Positions 28,791-47,947 of a stretch of DNA of 64,000 bases are shown piece after piece (the stretch's first letter is position 1; each line of letters starts with the position of its first letter). This DNA comes from Octopus vulgaris (lineage: Eukaryota). The stretch is taken from the NCBI GenBank assembly GCA_951406725.2, contig OX597821.1, positions 17,360,001-17,424,000 on the forward strand, given 5' to 3'. A program made the translations under genes and the position numbers. The notes beneath the pieces are model-generated. The model made no database searches and had not been told where the DNA came from. It worked only from the letters and a program-made list of their open reading frames with translations.

Positions 28791-29444
28791 GGTGATCAAT
28801 ATAGGGTGGCAAAAAATTCAGCAGAAATTATTTGCCACCAGCGGCCTAGTGGGAGAAAAGTAAATAGTCAGAGACTATTAATAAATTCAACAGCAAAATT
28901 AAGGAACGGCCATAATAGGCCGTTCAACCCACTAGAAATAGCAGCCAAGGCTTCAACCGCAAAACAATATTAATTCCGTAAACCAAGAGAAAATTAAAAA
29001 AAACATTTACCCTGTAATACCTTATACAATGCATCGTTTCGTCTATTTTTTAATGGTAAATCAACCTGATTAAATTAAATCAAGCTAATCTTCCATAGGC
29101 CAATAGATTCATCAGTAAAGTAAGCCAGACGGGACAGATATTTTCACGAGGCAGCACCACTACTGTCTCGGCTATATCTGACCTAAAATTTTCAAATCAT
29201 CGTACTCGCGCCAAATTTATCGGCAGCAAATATAAGCTGCCGATTCCATTTCGGAATTAAACAGAAAATTCATAATTAATCAATATAGGGTGGCAAAAAA
29301 TTCAGCAGAAATTATTTGCCACCAGCGGCCTAGTGGGAAAAAAGTAAATAGTCAGAGACTATTAATAAATTCAACAGCAAAATTAAGGAACGACATTTAT
29401 ATATATATATATATACATTTATATATATATATATATAAATGTCG
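28783..29444 (-). mobile_element. (TA)n-flanked partial tandem repeat (114-bp direct repeats, period 484) carrying a hammerhead; PLE pLTR/retrozyme-like
   Basis: 28795-28908 and 29279-29392 differ by one substitution; hammerhead motif lies between them. Confidence 0.7.
29019..29121 (-). ncRNA. Type I hammerhead ribozyme motif with extended stem II
   Basis: acttta-CUGAUGA-atctatt...aatagac-GAAA-cgatgcattg-UA-taaggt. Confidence 0.7.
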
Positions 29445-29647
29445 AGAGTAAAGGAATTTTGTTAACATCTTCGTTCGACTCCATTCTTTCATTTATTCAT
29501 ATACAACACACAAATTTCTGCACATGAACCCGAAGTTTCTACCCTTGGACAGGTCGCTTCAACCGTGTTTCTGACGTGAATTTGCTACCCTGGTTTCGGT
29601 TCAACGAATTTTCCATGCTGACGATAAACATAGGATAATTCATTCAC

Positions 29648-29715
<68 letters not shown>

Positions 29716-30048
29716 TTATTTATATATACACACATATATATATATATAGAGAGAGAGACAGACATAGATGGACTGCTGTTGTTGTTGTTGTTGACACTGC
29801 TGTTAGATCTACTTACATATAGGAAACTAAATTCGTGACGAAAGGAAATGAAATGCTGAAGCTTTGCTAGAAGCAGTCATGATTGAAGTGAAAAGTTTCC
29901 GGTTATAAATCGAAATTCTATTGCGACCTTTACGACTGATCAAGGCACGTTTGTGTGTGGGAGCGGATGATCATTATGCGGCGCATTCAGTTTTTTGCAT
30001 GGAAACTGGGTAGAAACTGCTTTATATATATATAAAGGTTTTCTACAA

Positions 30049-30100
<52 letters not shown>

Positions 30101-30199
30101 CATACATATATATACATAAACATATATATATTTTATATATATACATAAATATATATATATATGTATATATACTTTATTTGAAGCAGCAGAAAATTCAAC

Positions 30200-30247
30200 A
30201 AAACGTGTTACACTGAGTTTCCCATTGCCGTTCATCGGACAGTTTTT
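30200..30247 (-). ncRNA. Degenerate hammerhead-like motif in a TA-flanked insert
   Basis: aaaactgt-CCGAUGA-acggcaatgg-GAAA-ctcagtg-UA-acacgtttt; core variant and weak stems II and III. Confidence 0.4.
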
Positions 30248-30300
30248 GCTAGAATTATTACTCTTTTTTCCACCTTGTTTCACATTTATGTGTTTACTCC

Positions 30301-30428
<128 letters not shown>

Positions 30429-30433
30429 TAGAG

Positions 30434-30514
<81 letters not shown>

Positions 30515-30809
30515 TAGATATATATTTGTAAACAGACACACACACTCACATATACACACACATAGTTGAAAAGTCAGAAGTTTCGGTTGTCGTCCGGTAA
30601 GAAATCCAATTACAGACTTCAGCCAAAATTAAAAGAAGCAGTATACTCCAGAGCTATGCGAAACAAAATTGACCAAGAAGTGACCGAGAGACAAATAACT
30701 ATTTCGCTGTTGTAGCAGCTTCTCAATGTCATATACTCATGTCACATCCGAAACAAAATCGAATCAGTAGGAATTTTATCCTTATGACGTTAAACGGGGT
30801 AATTTACGC

Positions 30810-31131
30810 TGAGGGTAATGCATTGAGAGCTAGTAGTGACCTTCACGAGACAGTGTGCCGAGTGACATCGCTGTGAAATTTGGTGATCATGGGCATGCTG
30901 TAGCATAGTCTGCAAGTTTTCCATCGACAGGAACAAAAAAACCAACGCGAAAGTTTGCGTTAAACTTGGGAAGTGGCTGTTTGGTAAGTAGCTTGCTTAC
31001 CAACAACATGGTTCCGGGTTCAGTCCCACTGCGTGACACCTTGGCCAAGTGTCTTCTACTATAGCCTTGGGCCGACCAAAGCCTTGTGAGTGGATTTGGT
31101 AGACCGAAACAGAAAGAAGCCCTCATATATA

Positions 31132-31183
<52 letters not shown>

Positions 31184-32004
31184 TGTGTTTGTCCCCCCAA
31201 CATCGCTTGACAACCGACGCTGGTGTGTTTACGTCCCCGCAACTTAGCGGTTCGGCAAAAGTGACCGATAGAATAAGTACTAGGCTTACAAAGAATAAGC
31301 CTTGGGGTCGATTTGCTCGACTAAAGGCAGTGCTCCAGTATGGCCCCAGTCAAATGACTGAAACAAGTAAAAGACTAAAGAGAGTAAAAGAGAGTAAGTC
31401 TGCTACAGACATTAAGCATGCTTCGACGAGCTTACAGTGACGAGGCAATGGGTCGTACGCAATATTTCGAGTGGCACGGGCGCTTCAAGAACGTCTCAGG
31501 AAGATGATGTGCGATCTAGAAGACCTGCCACAAGCATCACCCCCGGAAATGTAGTAATGTGCATCGAGAATTCATCCCGCAGAGCCAGACTGTCAATTGG
31601 GAATTCTACTGCAAAGTTTTGAAGCGTTTGCGGGTGGGCATTCGACGAAAGGACCAGAACTATGGAGCCGGAATTATTGAATTCTCCACGACGACAATGC
31701 ACTCTGTCGCCGAGCTCTCCTCACTTGTGAGTTTCTGGTCAAAAACATGGTATCGCTTCCACACCCGCTCTAATCGCCAGATTTAGTACCATCTCTTCCC
31801 CGAGATGAAAATGCAGCTCAAAGATCACCGTTTTGACACCGCTTTCGAATTGCAAAAGACCCTCGATTCGCTTACAGAAAACAACTTCCAGGCCGGATTC
31901 CAAATTTGGCAGGAACGTTGAGAGCGGTGTATTGCTGCGCAGGGTGACGATTTCGAAGGAGATGATGTAAAAACTTTGGTAAATAAGGTACTTTTTTATC
32001 AATC
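30810..32004 (+). pseudogene. Decayed, internally deleted mariner transposase interrupted by a SINE
   Basis: VCVKLGK|SAT..MLRRAYSDEAMGRTQYFEWHGRFK; HREFIPQSQTVNWEFYCKVLKRLR; LHDDN; RCIAAQGDDFEG. Confidence 0.8.
30972..31394 (+). mobile_element. Family C SINE nested in the mariner
   Basis: Aligns to 18623-19084; aagt is present at both junctions. Confidence 0.88.
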
Positions 32005-32762
32005 ACTAGCAGACATACCCGGTGTTGCTCGGGATTTAAATGACATAGTTTGTATTTAAGGTACAGTTAAGTTGAACCATGTGATAGAGAAAAGTGCAGC
32101 ATTGACAACAAAACATTTGTGGAGCAAATGTAGGGCTAATTCGACCAAGTAACATGTCATGATCTGTTTGGAAGATTCCAGGCCCTAATCTTTTCATGGA
32201 AAAGTGGGTGGAGCATGTAATTTTTGAACGCACCAAAAAGTTCTCAGTGGACGTCCTCTCCTTTGCGGCTCGGTGCTGCCGCTACCACGCTGAACAATCA
32301 GTAGATACAGGAACTACTGATAAATTATGATAAATTAAGCCTGAGGGAATGCTCAATAGCACCATATGAGAGAAATCTACATGAAAGAAACGGCATGGTA
32401 AGGGTGGGGATTGGTTGAAGCTGTTAATGCAGCATTCCTCGCCAGGTGAATACTACGCTGCTCATCGCTTTCCATTGCTGTCGCAGCAGCTATACATGCA
32501 TCATCTTTTGATTGTCTAATTGGCGTCACATGTGACGATTCATCTACTCTCCTTCATTACAAATTCTCTACTACTGCTGTTTTTCGACCAATGAAGAATC
32601 TCTTCTTTGGAGACATTATGTTAAGAAATGAGACGTAATAAACCAAGATGACTATTGTACACTAACAGTGAAATGTCAAATAAAATTGGTAAATAATATC
32701 AATATCTTAGCAAATTTTAAGAAATACATACAATGAACTGAGATGACACTGTTATGTTAATA

Positions 32763-34073
32763 TTAGGTTGTCAAGAAAGTTCTTGCGGAATTTTTAATTT
32801 TGGTTTTAAATTATGTATTTTCAAATTAATTTTCGTTAAATTACTTTGATTTTATACATCATTTTAAAGCCCGTTTTTCGCTCTATCTAATCATGTTACT
32901 CTTTTTCTTTTGAATAATTAGGCCATTTTTTCCCGGAACGTTGAATACAACATGGACAAAAAGCAAATTCGGACAATTTTCTTATTCCAGTTCAAGATAG
33001 GCCGAAAAACTGCTGAAACAGCTCGCGATATCAACGATGCGTTTGGCCCAGGGACCACTTATGAACGTACAAAACAATGGTTTTTTCAAGAAATTTCGTA
33101 AGTCACAAGAGCCTTGAAGATGATAAGCGTAGTGGTCGGTCATCGGATATTGACAACGACCAACTAAGAGCCTTAGTCGAAGCCAATCCATGCACAACTG
33201 TTCGAGAGCTTGCTTCTGAATTAGACGTAACGTATACGACAATTTCCAACCACTCGAAAGAGATTGGAAAAACAAAAGAAATACTTGAGAAATGGGTATC
33301 GTACGAATTGAACAATAAAAAAACGCCGTTTTGAAGTGTCGTCTTACCTTCTTTTACGCAACAAAAACGATCCATTTCTCGATCGGATTGCGACTTGCAA
33401 TGAAAAGTGATTCTTTACGACAACCGGCGACGCTCAGCTCAGTGGTTGGACGCCGACGAAGTCCACGGCACTTCCCGAAGCCAAAGTTGCACCAAAAGGT
33501 CATGGTGACTGTTTGGTGGTCTGCGGCTGGTCTCATCCATCGCAGCTTATTGGATCCAGGTGAAACCATTACGGCGGAGAAGTATTGCCAGCAAATAGAT
33601 GAAATGCATAAGAAACTCCAACAACAGCCAGCATTGGTCAATAGAAAAGGACCAATTCTTCTCCACGACAACTCACTGCTGCACGTCGCACAACTGACCC
33701 TGCAGAAGTTGAACGAATTGGGCTACAAAACTCTGCCTCATCTGCTTACTAGACTACGAAACTCTGCTTACTACGAAACTCTGCCTCATCATACTTACTA
33801 GACCTCTCGCCTACCGACTATCGCCTTTTCAAGCATCACGACAACTTCCTGCATGAGAAATGCTTCAAAAACCAAGACGATGCCAAACACGCCTTCAACG
33901 ACTTCATCGCCACCAGAACCCAGGATTTTTACGCTACTGGCATAAATAAACTTGTTTCGCGTTGGAAAAAGTGTGTTGATTCTGATGGTGCTTATTTTGA
34001 TTAATAAAGTTTTGTTTGTTTGTGCACCTGAATTTAAAATTTAAAAACTGCAAGAACTTTCTTGGCAGCCTAA
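32763..34073 (+). mobile_element. Mariner transposon (cecropia/Hsmar1-like), TA TSD, nested in the Helitron
   Basis: TIRs ttaggttgtcaagaaagttcttgc / gcaagaactttcttggcagcctaa flanked by TA. Confidence 0.92.
32952..34004 (+). pseudogene. Hsmar1-like transposase with frameshifts and stops
   Basis: MDKKQIRTIFLFQFKIGRKTAETARDINDAFGPGT; KVMVTVWWSAAG; ILLHDN; DLSPTDY. Confidence 0.9.
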
Positions 34074-34230
34074 TAATTAAATGTCAATAAAAAAACACTA
34101 ATATCAGTATTTTAAAAGTCTAAAGTATTTTAAAAGTTTATTTTAAGAATCTAAAACCATCTCTGGAGTATAAGTAATGTATGTTCCCAGTTTGAAGAAA
34201 ATCGGTTGCGAACTTCAGAAGTTATGCGCG

Positions 34231-34287
<57 letters not shown>

Positions 34288-35182
34288 TGAGTTTTATATT
34301 ATAGCGGTTATTATAGCTACCTTGAACTTTCTCTTAGGTTATATTATTATAGTATATTCTCTATTTAGTTTTGTTACAGTAATGTAATGCTATTTATTGT
34401 TTTCTATTGGGAAATAGATTATTTTATTTGGCTTTTCTGAGTAAGGGTGAATATAATGACTGAACGTCACTTATAACTTAAGTGTTATCATTATACACAA
34501 ATCCGAACTACAGTATATAACGCCATAGAGATATATACTCATGAAACGCTATGAATATTAACGACATGTATGTATAATATTTTCTTCGTGTTCATTTAAC
34601 CGCTATAAGAAAATATAATTTAATGATTACAGAAATGCATATTTATTTATACTCAGTTGAAAAAAACGTGAGAAACATTTTCTTAATTAGCTTTTTTATA
34701 TAAATATAACATTTTATATTATTTATATGTGAAAGGAAAGATAATTTTCGTAGAAGTACGACTAGATATTCACTAGCTAATTCATAAATCTAACTAATAG
34801 ATTAATCAACAATTCAAAATAGACTTGTGATTTTCTTTGGACATGGCATGAAAATCACCAATGTCTCAAAGGAGTGAGTGTCGTGGAGTTCAGTTACATC
34901 CAACAAACACTAAAGTTTTTCCCAAAATCCAGGGTTTTATAACTGCTCAACTTGACTTAAAAGAATCGAAATCCATTATAAATATTCTTGATGTAACTTT
35001 TTAGAATCTTTATATGAGCAGTTATATTAACCAATGGAAAAAACGAAAATAATAATTCTTCGGCAATACGACATTACGTCATATTGCCAATTCGCGCCGT
35101 ATTTCAAAATAGCTAAAATGGCTACTTACTACAATATATATAGATAACTACTCCTGATAGAACCTTTGATACCACATCGTAC

Positions 35183-35236
35183 ATAGATAGATAGATAGAT
35201 AGATAGATATAGATAGATAGATAGATAGATAGATAG

Positions 35237-35296
<60 letters not shown>

Positions 35297-35307
35297 TGAG
35301 ATAGATA
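35183..35307. repeat. (GATA)n segment 1 of the LINE-occupied tract
   Basis: Direct reading. Confidence 0.95.
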
Positions 35308-35308
35308 A

Positions 35309-38838
<3,530 letters not shown>

Positions 38839-39139
38839 CTTTCTTTTATTAGCCACACAGGGCTGAATACAGAGGGGACAAATACAAATGCAGAGCTTTT
38901 CTTTTCGAGGGTGGAAAAAAATAAAAATGTAAGATTGCGATCAAAAGGGATCGAGAGGAGGAAAAAAAAAGGAAAAAAAGAAAATCGTGTATCACAGAAA
39001 TAATGGTGTAAACATTGATATAACAAGATTGGGTTCATCCGTGGGAAGAAAAGCCTACAGAAAAGACCACGGGAACCCCAGTCAGGGAGGAAATAAACAC
39101 ATGAGGTCAAAAATGCTCTCTTTCTTTCTTTTTTACGAT

Positions 39140-42100
39140 CTACAGGATCATGCTCAAAATGGTTTCGTTACTAGCACGCACCATCTTTGCAACATTCACC
39201 CATCTTTTATTGAATCTTTCGCGAGACAAAACTTCCCTCTCCATTCTCACCTTCCTTTTCAAGTGGTACTTGAAAAAGTTGATGAGCGAATGGCCAGAGA
39301 GGTAAGTGTTTGTCTCTAATCCTTTCGCTCGAGTCCACCACACACATTCTTTCACCATGGCCACCAGTACGATGAAAACTGCCTTGCCTTCCCGGTTGAG
39401 GGAAGGGGGCGGAGCAATTCTCACGATAGACTCGGCCGATAGGCGGATTCGTCCCACACGTGACAGCAGCCGTTCGGCATAAGCCCACAGGTCGGAAATG
39501 GTTGGACATTGCACGAGTGCGTGCAGAACGGTTTCGTCGCTCTGACCGCATCTCGGGCAAGTCGGTCCAGTGTGTCTGGAACCGTGTCTGTAGAGCTTAT
39601 CCCGAACAGGTAATGCTTCTCGATAGCACTGCCAGGCCAGGGATCTTTGGTGATTGTTCATAGGTCCCGGCCCGAAAGTTGTCCTGAACAGGCGGGTCAG
39701 GTGTTCCTCGTCGACGCCCAGACTCTGCCCGAGTTCGTCGTCGCACCTCCCCTCCACTAATCCTCTATAGAATGCCTTTGTTGTGATGGAGTCGCACAAG
39801 TTCGATCCCGGACGGCAGAGTTGCTTGAGAGCAACGCGACACTCACGGTGCCATTCGCCTAGCCTCGGTCTCTGCTTGATCCATGACTGTAGTTCGTCCA
39901 AGGAGACGAGCTGCGGGAAAGCGCGCCGCACAAAAGGCGACCACCCCTGTTCACCGTTGTCTATGAAGCGCCGGAGATGTCGCAGTCTCAGCGCATGTCT
40001 GCGCATCATCAACCACGGCATGCCCAGCCCTCCATTTAGCGGGTGTTGGCAGCAAATGGATCGCCTGACCATCGGAACGTTTCCCTTCCACAAGAAGCGG
40101 AAGAGTATGCGTTCCAGTTTGGTGATGGTAGGGTCGGGACAAGGCACGACGGTCAGACGGTACTCGATGACGGATGCGATGTACGCGTTCGCCACCTCCG
40201 CCCGACCTTTTAGGGATAGCTTTCTCTCAGTCCATTTCTGGGTGAGAGTAGCCACCCTAGTCGTTATCTCGCCCCAGTTCTTCTCCATTTGGAGGTCCGG
40301 ACCGAACCAGACCCCGAGCAATTTAACCGGTCCGTCCGTCCAGCGTCCCACGATGGAGACGCTGTTGGACGGCATGGGCTTGCTTCTCCAGGTGCCGAGC
40401 CGCAAGCCCACTGACTTTTCCCGGTTAATTTTTGCTCCCGTTACCGCTTCGTATTCTTTCAGTGTCTCGCCGACCAGCTCGATGTGCTCGTAGCTCGACA
40501 CTATGACGGTGACGTCATCCGCGTATGCAGACACGCTCCTCCCGCATCCCAGCTCTCGTGGGATGCCCCTCAGCGTCGCCAGTTTCCGCAGTAGTGGCTC
40601 AAGAGTCAGTACATACAGCAGCGATGAGAGGGGGCATCCTTGACGAACCGAACGCATGATGTTAAAAGGTCTGGATAGATGACCATTTACGCGAACTACT
40701 GAGCGGATGCCGCTGTATAAGGCAGCGATCCAACTGCGGAAAACTGGACCGAAACCAGCCGCTTTGAGGACAGCCTCCAAGTAGTGATGGTCTACCCTAT
40801 CGAAGGCTTTTGATTGATCCAAATTGATCAGCGCCCCACCCATGCCAGGATTTTTAACTACCCTGTCTATGATGTAGCGCATCAGATGGAGGTTGTCATG
40901 AATACTTCTACCCGGCACGGCGCATGTTTGCGCCTTGTCGATTAGTTTCTTGATGACAAGCGCCAACCTCTCGGCTAACACCTTGGCCAAAATTTTCAAA
41001 TCTGCGTTGAGCAGAGTGATGGGCCTGAAATTATCTATGACGTCCCCCTTGTTTGGGTCTTTCTTGATCAGTGCCACTGCTCCTCGCTTTACAAAAGCAG
41101 GAATACTCCCGTTCTGCTGCCAGTTGCAGTAGACAGCTGCCAAGACGCCTCCAAACAAGTCTGGCATATGAAAATAAAATTCGTAGGGCAGACCATCCAA
41201 GCCTGGTGACTTGTCTCTCGCGCAGCCTACCATCGCATCCTGTACGTCCGCAGCTGTGATAGGCTTTTCACAAGACTCCACCTCCCTTGCTGAGAGTCGT
41301 GGCAAGGCATGCAGGTAGGCACTAAAGTCCACTCTGCTTTCTGACTCACCACTTGTCCCAAACAGTTGGGTGAAGTGTTGTTGAAAAACCCCACACATCC
41401 TTTTAGGCTCGAGTAATTCGCGCCCCTGTTCATCTATAAGAGACTTGATGGTGGCTCTGTTGCCTCGTTGCGTCTCCACCACTCGGGCCTCTTGGGCGGC
41501 TCCAACTCCTTCGTTCCTCAGAGCACGCATCCTAGCTCTGACAACGCATCCCTCGTGTTTGGCGTTGAGGTGTTGGTCGAGGGCCAATCTCGCCGCCAGT
41601 ACGTTGGACGCGATGCCAGTTCTAAGTGCCTCTTCTAAAACCTTAACTAATTCTCCCTCTACTCTATTTCGGTCTAATGCTAGGGCTCTACTGTATCTGA
41701 CTGATTCTGCTTTAATCGCTTTTTTAGGGAATACCACCATCTGTTGTTGATGATGGTACCCGTCAAAGCTCTCTTAACTAATGTGCTGATCCGGTCCCTG
41801 TAAACCTGTCGTGCTGTAAAAGACGCGTTCAGTTTCCAGTAACCAGGACCCTGCCTATGTGTCTTATCTAAGTCAAGTGTACAAGTCACAAACTTGTGAT
41901 CTGTGTAACTGACTATATGAAATTGTGGACAACCTACACTATTTTTATCTATTGTCCTACAGAATACTCTATCTAAGTATGATCTGGACGACCCGATGCG
42001 GTTACTCCATGTCCACATTGGCACATTCGGGTGGTCCAGTCGGTACCTGTCAGACAGTTGGAAACGTCTGAGCAGGTCTTTGAGGCATTTGCATCCCCTT

Positions 42101-42576
42101 CTATTGCTATCTCTGCCCACGTAGTCTAGATGCGTGTCCAGGGTGGCATTCCAATCCCCCACTAAAAGTAAAGGACGAGACGTTCCCATGAAAGACTCTA
42201 GACGTCGAAAGAAATCTGGTCGGCCTGTTAAGGACGGAGCATAAACTGCTATCAGTCGAAAAGCACACTCATTGCTGCCATCGACATCCAAAACGACCAG
42301 CCTACCCTCCGGGTCTAGGAAATTTGCTCTTACTTTGAGATCCAGACTCTTCCGGATAAGCACCGCGGTGCCACCTCCGCCCATTCTCGGTAGACACGGA
42401 GAAAAATAAATGTTGAAATGTGTACCGAAAATGTGCTGGAGTGCCCGCAAGCTGTGGAGTCTGGTCTCACTGATGGCTATGATATTCAGATTTAGTGACT
42501 TGATGTCATTTAACAGGTAGCCTTGTTTCCAAGGCGACCCCAAGCCACGTACATTTATACTACCTATTCTGAGCAT
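39140..42576 (-). CDS. ORF2: APE endonuclease + reverse transcriptase + CCHC; one homopolymer frameshift at ~41722
   Basis: SINVRGL, SETRL, GDWN, SYLDRVF, TDH (APE) in ORF 41680-42594; RT motifs and CPRCGQSDETVLHALVQC in ORF 39140-41740; the sister copy has 7 As at this site and stays in frame. Confidence 0.92.
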
Positions 42577-42618
42577 GTTCCGATAAAAGTGCAAAAAAGG
42601 AAAAGGAGAGAGAAAAGG

Positions 42619-44757
42619 TTACTTGTTTTCCGAAAGTTCTTTGTCTTTCACCTCACGGTCTTCTTCTATGAGGCTTTTATACAGTTTTTTTGATGAGTAC
42701 TTTTGAAATCTCCCTACTGCATCAGGGTAAAGAGATTTCAGGGTGCTGTATGTGTTCTGTGTCACGTGTATTATTTTAATGTGTTGTGGTGGTGTTGTGT
42801 GTGGGTGGTTACTTGTTTTTATGTCGTTTTCAGTAATGTTAGTGTTTGACCTAATGTGTTCCATTAGGTCGTGGTTGTTTGTGTTTATGGCTGTCAACAT
42901 TTTTGGGGGGTTTGATGATGGTGTGTTTGTGTTGATGTGTGTGTTTTCTGTGGATGTTTTTGTTTCGGGAGTGGTGTATCTTCCCGCTTTGTTTGTTATT
43001 TTTTCTTTTCTTTTTTTCCCCTTTTTCTTCTCCCCCCTGTGGCTATTTGCCAATCTTCCGTGTCTTCTTCGTCTAATGACAGATCAGACGAATCGGAGTC
43101 TGGAAGAGGGAAAGTATTGGGGTCTATTGTCGACTGTGTTGGTTTTGTTGTTGGTGTTGGTTGGTGAGCGTTTGGTTGTGGTGTGTGCGGTTTTGGATGT
43201 GGGGTTTGGGTATTTTGTGTTTGAGTGATTGTGGGTATTGTTGTGTTGTTTAGGGTCTCAATTTTGTGGGGATTTGGAGTTGTAATTGTTTCTTCATTTA
43301 TGCTGGGTGTCTTTTTGGCAGATGTCCTTGGTTTGGGAGTTGGTATATTCTTGGTTGTTGTTGTTGGTGATGCTGCTTCTGTTCTTGGTGCTGCAGTTGG
43401 TGTGGTTGTTTGTTTGGTGAGGTTTGTTCCTGCAAAAAGTGGTGTGGGTAGTAGACCTTGTTTATTTGTTTTTGTTTCCGGCTGCTGTTGTTTTCTTGCG
43501 GCAGATTTGCAGTCTTTTTTGAGATGTTGCTCACTGCCGCATATGTAGCAACGTGGTCTTTCTGCCATCGACGACCACATATAACTTGTGGTCGTCTGAT
43601 ACACATATCTGGGTGGGTATTTTTTTTATATCTTCATGATGTATATGTAGAAGAAATTCTATTTTCTTTCCCACCCAGTTTTTATGCTCTGTGACTGTGG
43701 TTTCCAAAATAGTATAATTCGCCATTTTTATGCATAAAGCCTTTACAAGCCATAGACTATTGGCTATTTTGGGGACATTGTTTAGAGTGATCTTAGTCAC
43801 TTTCTGTCCCCGATAGCTTGGTGTAAGTTGGAGTTCATCTGAGTGAAGAGTTAGCGTTGAGAAATGTCTAGCTAACTCTTCGGTGTAGAAAACGACTTGT
43901 ATGTGGGCAAATTTGTTCCACCAGGTTACATATTCTTTGTGATCCCAGATGGGTTTCAGGCACTTCTCTATTTTGCCTGTGTTGGCCTTCTCTGGGATTT
44001 TTGTTTTTTTGTTAACTATTTTATAAATGATTGTTCGTCTTTTTTCATTTTCCAAAATATCTTCTGGTATGTTAATTTTTACGATACCTTCTGATTCTGT
44101 TATTTTGATGTTCGTGTCCTGTAATTGTTGAGCCGTAAAGTATATTGTTGTTTTTTTTTCTTTAATCGCCTCAGCGAAATTTGTTGTTGTTTTGTTATTG
44201 TTGTTGCTTGTGGTGATGTTGTTGGCTGCAGTTTGTAAAATTGGTGTGTTAGGTTCGATCGTGCAAGTAGGAAGGGGTGGAAAATTGCCTGCGTACTTTA
44301 GTCCTGCACTAGGGCAAAATTCGACATTTCGTTTGCTTGTCGTCGTTATTTTTTCACTTGTTGGTGATGGAGTGAGCAGTGGTTGAAGGGAGTTGTTGTT
44401 GTCGTCGTTGTTGTTGTTGTTATTGTCGTTCTTGGTGACGGCTGTGGTGTTGGTAGTATTTGTAGCATTGACGGCACGGTCTTTGGTGGCGGTGATGGTG
44501 ATGTTGGTGTTGTTATTGGTGGCAATATCTTTAGTAGGGATAGCAGTTTTAGTAGCAGATTCTGCCATGGTGTTGGTGGTGGTGGTGGACTCACTGATGG
44601 TGTTGACGGTGCTTGGCCTTGCGACCTTTGTTTTGTATTTGTTGCTGTTGGTGGTGGTGGAGTTGTCAGGTTCGGCGTATGCTAACAGAGCATCCTGTTT
44701 TTCTGTTTCTCCGTCACGCTTGACTTGCAACTCAGCCTCGTGGTGGTCAGTGGCCAT
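42619..44757 (-). CDS. ORF1: Thr/Asn-rich N-terminus, globular mid-region, CCHC zinc knuckle, basic C-terminus; two apparent frameshifts
   Basis: ORFs 43531-44787, 42996-43604 (CYICGSEQHLKKDC) and 42619-43053 overlap at purine runs. Confidence 0.8.
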
Positions 44758-44980
44758 TTTGGAAATAAAATGGCTAAATGAAACCACGAAGGCTATGAGA
44801 ATTTTTTCTTTTAAATTTTGCCCACAAGGGGCAAAATTTTGTGTCGATATTTATCAAAGGTTTACAGTGGATGTTGTTGTACAACTTTTAAGCAAAAAAT
44901 GTTTGTCAATATACACTTTTAAATAGTCAAAATAAATGATTACCTTCGGAGCCGAAACGACATCACATCCGTCAGTCAAG

Positions 44981-46649
<1,669 letters not shown>

Positions 46650-47532
46650 TGTTTCTTTATTAGCCACACAGGGCTGCACACAGATAGAACAAATTACAAG
46701 GTAGAGGTAAGGTAGAGCTTTTCTTTTGAAGGTTTAAGAAAGAAAAAAAAAGAAAAAAAAAAAAAGGAAGGGGGAGTTTCGATCAAAAGGGATCGTAAAA
46801 GGAGAGAAAGAGGACAAAAAAAAGGGGTTTAAAAAAAGGGGGGAGGGAAAAAAATTGATCAATAGGGATCGTTATCACAGAAATGTCAATATGAAGTGTA
46901 AAGGGGAGGACAGGTGAGGTTTACCCGTGCAAAGAAAAGCCTACGGAAAAGACCACGGTAACCTCGGTCAATGATGTCACATTTTATATTTCTTTTTTTT
47001 TTTTTTTTGCAAATAAGCAACTCTCTGTTTTCGATTTCTGGGTTCATAGGACTATGCTCAAGGTGGCTTCGTCATTCATACGTGCCATTCTTGCTACATT
47101 CACCCATCTTTTTTAAAACATTCGCTAGACAAAACCTGCCTCTCTACTCTCACTTTCCTTTTCAAGTGGTACTTGAAGAAGTTGATGAGAGATTGACCAG
47201 AGAGGAAAGTGTTTGTCTCCAATCCTTTCAGACGCGTCCACCAGATACATTCCTTCGCCATAGCCACAAGGATGATGAAAATAGCTCTTCCTTCCCGTTT
47301 GAAGGAAGGAGGCGTGACAATATTGACGATAGACTCAGCTGATAAACCGACTCGTCCCACACGTGACAGCAGTTGTTCGACATAAGCCCACAGGTCGGAA
47401 ATTGTTGGACACTGAACGAGTGCGTGCAGAACGGTTTCGTCGCTCTGACCGCATCTCGGGCAGGTCGGCCCCGTGTTTCTCGAGCCGTGTCTGTAGAGCT
47501 TATCCCGAACGGGTAGCGCTTCTCGGTAGCAC
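46650..47532 (-). mobile_element. Tx1-type LINE subfamily 2, 5'-truncated copy (~0.88 kb)
   Basis: ORF2 C-terminus homologous to subfamily 1 with a distinct 3' UTR; ends ggctaataaagaaaca|tatc. Confidence 0.93.

Positions 47533-47947
<415 letters not shown>

Larger units (their letters stand above)
32006..34304 (-). mobile_element. Probable non-autonomous Helitron (Lep1-like layout)
   Basis: Minus-strand 3' end: hairpin cccgagcaacaccggg, then CTAG followed by T; other end has (CA)n plus ttttatattatag; canonical 5' TC not present. Confidence 0.6.
38839..44980 (-). mobile_element. Full-length Tx1-type LINE subfamily 1 (~6.14 kb) inserted in (GATA)n
   Basis: 5' UTR, ORF1 with CCHC knuckle, ORF2 APE-RT-zinc finger, 3' UTR ending ggctaataaaagaaag|tatc. 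Confidence 0.95.

Noticed and set aside
35158-35181. Mariner-like TIR end (gaacctttgataccacatcgta) beside the GATA tract
   Set aside because: No partner TIR or transposase found to pair with it
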